From an uncultured Bacillota bacterium (lineage in GTDB: Bacteria; Bacillota_I; Bacilli_A; RF39; UBA660): DNA of 61,292 nucleotides. Below, one piece after another: positions 55,926-61,292 of this stretch; within the stretch, counting starts at the first letter, position 1, and each line of letters begins with the position of its first letter. The notes beneath the pieces are model-generated. The model was not told where the DNA came from. It saw nothing but the letters and a program-made list of their open reading frames with translations, and ran no database searches. The position numbers and the translations under genes are program-made. Location of the stretch: the NCBI GenBank assembly GCA_947168485.1, contig CAMVLZ010000005.1, positions 1 to 61,292 of the forward strand, in the 5' to 3' direction.

Positions 55926-56315
55926 ATGAACGATTGTATTTTTTGTAAGATAATTAAAGGAGATATTCCATCAAAGACTATTCATGAAGATGAAAACATT
56001 AAGGTAATGTTAGATATTAATCCTAAAACAAATGGACATTTACTAGTATTACCAAAAAAACATTATGAGAATTTATTTGATTTAGATAATGATGTATTAT
56101 TAAAAATAGTTTCATATGTAAAAGAAGTTTATCCTATATTAAAAGAAAAACTAAATTGTACTGGATTAACTCTTGCTCAAAATAATGAATATGGTCAAGA
56201 AGTAAAACATTTTCACTTACATTTAGTACCTAGATATGAAGGAGATAATATTGATCTTAATACATATGAAAAACTTGAAGATATAGAAGAAATATATAAT
56301 AAATTAATGGACTAA
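55926..56315 (+). CDS. HIT-family (histidine triad) nucleotide hydrolase
   Basis: CIFCKII N-terminus and the HFHLHLVPR histidine triad. Confidence 0.9.
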   Translation: MNDCIFCKIIKGDIPSKTIHEDENIKVMLDINPKTNGHLLVLPKKHYENLFDLDNDVLLKIVSYVKEVYPILKEKLNCTGLTLAQNNEYGQEVKHFHLHLVPRYEGDNIDLNTYEKLEDIEEIYNKLMD

Positions 56316-56369
56316 ATTAAATAAATTTGTTAGTATATTATGTAGCGAAACAGGAGAGTGAGGAAAATA

Positions 56370-57350
56370 ATGAAAAAGAAAATATTTATGACATTAGCTT
56401 TAGTTGCTGCTATAACATCTTTAACAGCATGTAAATCATCTAAAGTAGATGGATCATTAGTTAATATGAAAGGAGCTAAAGTAACTGCTCAAAAATACTA
56501 TGATGAAATAAAAGAAGATCATATTGCAGAATTAGTAGATATGATTGATCACCAATTATTTGATGAAAAATATAAAACTACTGATGCTGAAAATAAATAT
56601 GTAGATGAAAAAATAAATGAATTAAAAGAACAATATGCTAATGGAGATGACAAACAATTTGAACAAATATTACCTACTTACTTTGGAGTAGATAATGTTA
56701 AAGAATTAAGAACTCAATATGCATTAGAATATAAAAGAGAACAAGCAGTACAAGATTATTTAGAAGATAAATTAACTGATGGAGAAATAAATAGTTATTA
56801 TAAAAATTATATTTCAGGAGATGTAAAAGCATCACATATCTTAATATCTTCTAAAGTAAATGATAAAGCTTCTGATACTGAAAAGAAAAAAGCAGAAAAA
56901 GATGCTAAAAAGAAAGCAGAAGATATTATTAAACAATTAGATAAAGGAGCAGATTTTGCTACTCTAGCTAAAAAGTATTCAGATGATACTGCTACTAAAT
57001 CTAAAGGTGGAGATTTAGGATACTTTGATGTTAATGATATGGAAGAAACATTTGCTAATGCATGTAGAGATTTAAAGAAAAATGAATATACAAAAGAACC
57101 AATTAAAACATCTTATGGATATCACATTATAATTAAGAAAGATGAAAAAGAAAAACCAAAATTAGATGATGTTAAAGATAAAATTAAATCTACTCTAGCA
57201 AAACAAAAATTAGAAAAAGATGACAAAATGGTTTATAAAACATTAATTGATTTAAGAAAAGATAAGAAAATTAAATGGAATGATACTAAGATGAAAAAAG
57301 CATATGAAAAATATGTTAATCGTCTAGCAGGAATTTCTGAAGAAGATTAA
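56370..57350 (+). CDS. prsA: Foldase lipoprotein PrsA (parvulin-type PPIase)
   Basis: Lipobox LTAC after the signal peptide. Parvulin domain KASHILIS...GGDLGYF...SYGYHIIIK. Confidence 0.85.
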   Translation: MKKKIFMTLALVAAITSLTACKSSKVDGSLVNMKGAKVTAQKYYDEIKEDHIAELVDMIDHQLFDEKYKTTDAENKYVDEKINELKEQYANGDDKQFEQILPTYFGVDNVKELRTQYALEYKREQAVQDYLEDKLTDGEINSYYKNYISGDVKASHILISSKVNDKASDTEKKKAEKDAKKKAEDIIKQLDKGADFATLAKKYSDDTATKSKGGDLGYFDVNDMEETFANACRDLKKNEYTKEPIKTSYGYHIIIKKDEKEKPKLDDVKDKIKSTLAKQKLEKDDKMVYKTLIDLRKDKKIKWNDTKMKKAYEKYVNRLAGISEED

Positions 57351-57381
57351 AAAAGAGAAGTTATTTAACTTCTCTTTTTAT
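57349..57381. terminator. Bidirectional rho-independent terminator between convergent genes
   Basis: 12-bp stem AAAAGAGAAGTT/AACTTCTCTTTT flanked by A- and T-runs. Confidence 0.65.
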
Positions 57382-58771
57382 ATAAACAATAATCATTCTC
57401 TTTATAAATTAATTTATATGATTTATCCTTCTCTAAATAATAATAAATATCTTCATGTTTATTAATTAAAAAATAATCAAAATTATATTTCTTTAACTTC
57501 TTATAAAAATCACCATCTATATATGAAATAGAAAAACTATCACTATAATTATATTTTGAATATAAATCAGCTCTACCATCTATAAACACTTCTATATCAT
57601 TATAAATTAATTCTCCACCTACTCCATAAGAATTAAATAATCTTTGAGGATTTTCTTTCTTTATAATATTAATAAATTTATCACTTAATTCACCTTTAGT
57701 AGTACTAATCATAATATTCTTATTAAAAGAATAGCCAAATATAAATAGTAATATTAAAGATACACATATTATAACTAAATCAGTACCTTTATCTTCCTTC
57801 CTATGAGGAATATAATCAAATATAACTAAACTCATAAGAATATAAGTATAACTCCAAAATCTAACACTTTTTAATCCTAAAAATAAACAAAATAAGAATA
57901 ATACTCCATCTATAAATCTAATCTTCTTTTTACTAAGAATTAATATACTTAGTATTATAAATACAAGCATAAAATAAATAAGATGAGAATTATCACTAAG
58001 AACAGTAGGTCTCCATTCAGATATAGTTGAGATCATAGTGGTATTTAACATATTCTCATATGGATAATAAAGCATCTTAAATCCATGTGGATTAATATTA
58101 ATACATAAAATACTAATAATAATTACTATTAAATATCTAATAATTTGATTTTTACTTAATCTATCAGCTTCTATCTTAGTAAATTTAAATTTAAATAAAC
58201 CAATAACCAAAAACATTATAGGTATTAGATATACTAAGTTACTAGAACCACCATGTATATTAGCCCATAATAAACTAATAATAGGTAAATAATATATCTT
58301 TTTAGACACTTTATTATTAAATAAATCAATACATAAATAACCAGTTATTAATAAAAATATATTACTAATCATATGAGGTCTAGCAGTCATAGTATAAGAT
58401 AAAATAATACCTATAAATAACCATATAATTCCAAATAATTTATTATTTTCAATCTTATCCTTATTAATATAATAAATTATTAACATAGTAATAAGTAAAC
58501 ATAATAATCCATATACAAATATATGATATTTAGAAAAAATAAGAGACATAATATAAATTATTAATTCAAATCCCCATTCATGACTCATCCAATAACTACC
58601 TGGAACAGTCCAAGAAAACACATCATGAGTAAGAATAGAATGATTAAAAAACATATATTCTCCAGCTTTAAAATGCCATAAATAGTCACTATCAAGTCTC
58701 ATAAATACCATCATAAATAATACAAAAGAAATAGTTAATAATAAAAATAGTAAATGTTTCTTACTCTTCAT
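57365..58771 (-). CDS. Polytopic membrane protein, possibly a GT-C-type glycosyltransferase
   Basis: At least 10 hydrophobic helices, an early loop DSDYLWHFKAG, and a soluble C-terminal domain. The function call is weak. Confidence 0.4.
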   Translation of the reverse strand: MKSKKHLLFLLLTISFVLFMMVFMRLDSDYLWHFKAGEYMFFNHSILTHDVFSWTVPGSYWMSHEWGFELIIYIMSLIFSKYHIFVYGLLCLLITMLIIYYINKDKIENNKLFGIIWLFIGIILSYTMTARPHMISNIFLLITGYLCIDLFNNKVSKKIYYLPIISLLWANIHGGSSNLVYLIPIMFLVIGLFKFKFTKIEADRLSKNQIIRYLIVIIISILCININPHGFKMLYYPYENMLNTTMISTISEWRPTVLSDNSHLIYFMLVFIILSILILSKKKIRFIDGVLFLFCLFLGLKSVRFWSYTYILMSLVIFDYIPHRKEDKGTDLVIICVSLILLFIFGYSFNKNIMISTTKGELSDKFINIIKKENPQRLFNSYGVGGELIYNDIEVFIDGRADLYSKYNYSDSFSISYIDGDFYKKLKKYNFDYFLINKHEDIYYYLEKDKSYKLIYKENDYCLYKKRS

Positions 58772-59507
58772 AATATAATCCTTTTTGATATAACTTTTGT
58801 TTAATAAAATACTCTAATTCTTTATCTTTATATTTCTTACTATATCTTTTATATAACTTATCATATTCACGTTTAACTATATCTTTATCAATACTAAATT
58901 TAGTCTTATCAACAATATCATTAACTAAAGAAATACTATATCCCATATTAATAATATTATTTTTAATTTTATTTTTTAATACAGAACCACCACTACTCTT
59001 ATTAGATTTAATCATCTTATCAACAATCTTTTCTATTCTATTTATCTCTTCATCTGAAGTAAACATATCTATATTAGAATCAATAATATTTTCATCTACT
59101 TTATGTTTTAATAATTCATTCTTAATTTTATATGGTCCCCAATTAGTAGTAATCATCTTATCATTAATAAAACTATAACTAAATTGATTATCATCTAAAT
59201 AACCCTGTCTTTTTAATAACTCAATAACATCATCTATATATTTATAATCATATTCATGTTTTATTAATAAAGACTTCATATCATATATAGATTTATTTCT
59301 ACTATTAATAGATTTTAATGCATAGTAATAGCAATCATAATAACTATTAAGATTCTTAATATCTTTAAGCATTTTATCATCTATACTTTTCTTAATTAAT
59401 AATTCATTCTTTAGAATAACATCTTCATATAAAGTTAATTCAATATTATTATCTAAAATAACTTTATACTTATTATTCTTTAATTTTTTATATTTAATTA
59501 TATTCAT
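58761..59507 (-). CDS. recX: RecX-family regulatory protein
   Basis: Start set at MNIIKYKKLKNNKYKV, preceded by GGAGTGG. Has repeated three-helix units typical of RecX (..YLDDNQFSYSFINDK..). Confidence 0.7.
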   Translation of the reverse strand: MNIIKYKKLKNNKYKVILDNNIELTLYEDVILKNELLIKKSIDDKMLKDIKNLNSYYDCYYYALKSINSRNKSIYDMKSLLIKHEYDYKYIDDVIELLKRQGYLDDNQFSYSFINDKMITTNWGPYKIKNELLKHKVDENIIDSNIDMFTSDEEINRIEKIVDKMIKSNKSSGGSVLKNKIKNNIINMGYSISLVNDIVDKTKFSIDKDIVKREYDKLYKRYSKKYKDKELEYFIKQKLYQKGLYYEE

Positions 59508-59553
59508 AGAACCACTCCAATTAAAGTATAACATAAAAAAAGAAATTAACATC

Positions 59554-59754
59554 TTAATTTCTTTTAACTTCAACCATACCAGCACTAACTTCTTCTAAAG
59601 CTCTACCAATATTCTTTTTACTTTTATACTTCTCTTCTGGCATTTGTAAAAAACCAGTTTTAGAGATTTCTTTACTTCTATGAGCTGCGATTAAAACTAA
59701 CTCATATTTTGAATTAATAATGTTTAGTAGTTTATCAATAGATGGAAATATCAT
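59554..59754 (-). CDS. rpoZ: DNA-directed RNA polymerase subunit omega
   Basis: 66 aa. PSIDKLLNIINSKYELVLIAAHRSKEI and IGRALEEVSAG match the Firmicutes RpoZ pattern. Confidence 0.8.
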   Translation of the reverse strand: MIFPSIDKLLNIINSKYELVLIAAHRSKEISKTGFLQMPEEKYKSKKNIGRALEEVSAGMVEVKRN

Positions 59755-59835
59755 AATATCACACTCCCTACCTTAAGAATAAACTACTATACTGTAAAAT
59801 ACAAGTAAGTTGACAAAACTATACAATCTAACTAT

Positions 59836-59864
59836 ACAAAAAGAAACTAATTAATATTAGTTCC
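59836..59864 (-). terminator. Putative rho-independent terminator
   Basis: Stem AACTAAT/ATTAGTT plus a closing G-C, followed by a T-run on the minus strand. It overlaps the stop at 59847. Confidence 0.4.
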
Positions 59865-60521
59865 TCCCCATTCAACAACAGTATATCCTTTACGACTTAT
59901 ACTTTTAAGTGTTTGCTCTTTTACTTTTATTTTTTTATTTAAACCTTTATATTCCATTCTAACTCTAATTAATGTATCTGGTTTAGGATTAATAATCATT
60001 CCCATATTATTATTAATTTCATTCATAGTTTGAAATCTAATATAGTTATATTTATTCTCTTCTAATTTAGGTAACCAATACATAATAAATTCATTAGACT
60101 CTTTATAATTTAATCCTAATACTTTTAATTTCTCTTCTAAGAATGTAGCACTATCTTCTCCTTTAACTATAAAACCATCATTTTTAATAGAATTCTTTTT
60201 ATTATTACTACTTTCCCAATATAATGCATAATACTTTTTATTATTCTTATCTATTAAAGTTCCATCAGTTAAAGCCTTAACTTTCCACTCTTTATCATAT
60301 TTTGGATATGTTGTAGTTAAATCATTAGGATTAGTTAACTTAATTGAAACATCCATATCTTTATCAGGATAAATATAAATAATTGGTTTCCATTGTCGTG
60401 ATATATTACATCTAACATTTGGATAATTATATAAATAAATAACAGCTATCGCCAATATAGCATTAATTATAATTGCAGTAATTATTACACCAGAATTATT
60501 ATGTCCTTGCTTATTATCCAT
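59847..60521 (-). CDS. Hypothetical N-terminally anchored protein
   Basis: Start set at MDNKQGH, preceded by GGTGAG. One TM, then a domain of about 190 aa with no recognised motif. Confidence 0.5.
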   Translation of the reverse strand: MDNKQGHNNSGVIITAIIINAILAIAVIYLYNYPNVRCNISRQWKPIIYIYPDKDMDVSIKLTNPNDLTTTYPKYDKEWKVKALTDGTLIDKNNKKYYALYWESSNNKKNSIKNDGFIVKGEDSATFLEEKLKVLGLNYKESNEFIMYWLPKLEENKYNYIRFQTMNEINNNMGMIINPKPDTLIRVRMEYKGLNKKIKVKEQTLKSISRKGYTVVEWGGTNIN

Positions 60522-60720
60522 TATTCTCACCACTTCTTTCTACAACAAGTCCACCAGGTTCATGAGTTTGATAGCCATGTTCACTACAGTAAGTATCTTC
60601 ATCTATTGAATTATTTCTCATAATCAAACAAATAATCACAACTAGTTGTACTACAATTAAAATTTCTAAGAATAATAATAATTTTGAGCCATTAGTTATT
60701 TTATTTATAATTTTCTTCAT
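60514..60720 (-). CDS. Small hypothetical membrane protein
   Basis: 68 aa with one TM (LLLFLEILIVVQLVVIICLIM). Confidence 0.4.
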   Translation of the reverse strand: MKKIINKITNGSKLLLFLEILIVVQLVVIICLIMRNNSIDEDTYCSEHGYQTHEPGGLVVERSGENNG

Positions 60721-60729
60721 ACCTATCTC

Positions 60730-61292
60730 CTAAAACGGCATCTTCAAATTACCATTTCTAAATTGTTTCATCATTTTTTTCATTTGTTCAAATTGTTCTA
60801 ATAACTTATTAACTTCTTGTACAGAAGTTCCACTACCTTTAGCAATTCTAGTCTTACGACTAGCTTTAATAATACTTGGATTTCTTCTTTCTTTTGGAGT
60901 CATTGATAAAACTATTGCTTCTACTCTAGACATTTGTTTAGGATCTATTTTAACTTTATCAAGTCCAGCTTTTTTAGCTCCAGGTATTAACTTAATTAAA
61001 TTTTCAAGAGGACCAAGTTTTCTCATTTGTTTCATAGAAGATAAGAAATCTTCTAAATCAAATTTACCATCTTGTAATCTCTTAGCAGTCTTTTCAGCTT
61101 CTTTTTCATCTATAGCTTCTTGAGCTTTTTCTACTAAAGATATTACATCTCCCATACCAAGAATTCTTCCAGCCATTCTTTCAGGATCAAATGAGTCAAG
61201 TCCATCCATCTTTTCACTAACACCAATAAATTTAATTGGTACATTAGTTAAATGTCTAACAGATAAAGCAACTCCACCTCTAGTATCTCCAT
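60730..61292 (-). CDS. ffh: Signal recognition particle protein Ffh, C-terminal part (gene runs off the right edge)
   Basis: The open frame continues to the window edge (GDTRGGVALSVRHLTNVPIKFIGVSEKMDGLDSFDPERMAGRILGMGD), followed by a Met-rich M domain. Confidence 0.95.
   Translation of the reverse strand, partial: GDTRGGVALSVRHLTNVPIKFIGVSEKMDGLDSFDPERMAGRILGMGDVISLVEKAQEAIDEKEAEKTAKRLQDGKFDLEDFLSSMKQMRKLGPLENLIKLIPGAKKAGLDKVKIDPKQMSRVEAIVLSMTPKERRNPSIIKASRKTRIAKGSGTSVQEVNKLLEQFEQMKKMMKQFRNGNLKMPF

Noticed and set aside
56358-56369. N-terminal extensions in the ORF track. Examples are GTG at 56358 for prsA, GTG at 29824, GTG at 42451, GTG at 16087, GTG at 39918, TTG at 55146, and the upstream ATGs at 14930, 9074, 24561, 38547, 59585 and 20575.
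   Set aside because: In each case a downstream ATG follows a good GGAGG-like Shine-Dalgarno sequence at 5-9 nt and matches the conserved protein N-terminus. Several of the extended GTG starts lie inside that Shine-Dalgarno sequence itself.
1-61292. CRISPR arrays, tRNA/rRNA genes, transposases, integrases, phage genes, restriction-modification or other recognisable defence genes. I also looked for a diversity-generating retroelement that might explain the repeated modules.
   Set aside because: - There are no spaced direct-repeat arrays.
- I found no tRNA T-arm-like (GGTTCGAATCC) sequences.
- No ORF has recombinase, transposase or reverse-transcriptase motifs.
- The repeats seen are in-frame protein domain repeats.

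Overview
This is a very AT-rich chromosomal segment from a cell-walled, low-GC Gram-positive (Bacillota-type) organism. It uses the standard genetic code: TGA terminates conserved genes and Trp is TGG. About 60 genes are present, and all but three lie on the minus strand. I saw no rRNA or tRNA genes, CRISPR arrays, transposases or integrases.

Housekeeping blocks:
- rsgA-prkC-stp-rlmN-fmt-priA
- rseP-cdsA-uppS
- khpA-rpsP
- ymcA-like gene plus miaB
- serS with a T-box leader
- pdp and tdk
- sufC-D-S-U-(extra ORF)-B
- recX and rpoZ
- hit and prsA
- the 3' part of ffh

These blocks are interleaved with a large amount of surface and accessory biology.

1. Type IV pilin-like family (most interesting part). 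Three genes encode proteins whose prepilin N-terminus (K-G/A|FTM[VI]E plus a hydrophobic helix) is attached to very large C-terminal modules. Two are 650- and 653-aa paralogues that flank a pair of paralogous small membrane proteins. In the third, a single in-frame TGA separates a 139-codon pilin head from a 742-codon repeat module. No pilus assembly genes or prepilin peptidase are in the window.
2. Class B sortase system. It has three substrates carrying NPKTG sorting signals: two mosaic beta-helix/Ig paralogues and a roughly 1744-aa adhesin containing CnaB-type repeats.
3. Second sortase. It has no Arg downstream of its catalytic Cys. Its gene overlaps that of a putative thioester-domain adhesin with an atypical TPDTA sorting motif.
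4. Short SsbB-like SSB. It appears to start at a non-ATG (ATT/ATC) codon.

All functional calls come from reading motifs in the supplied translations. No database search was run.
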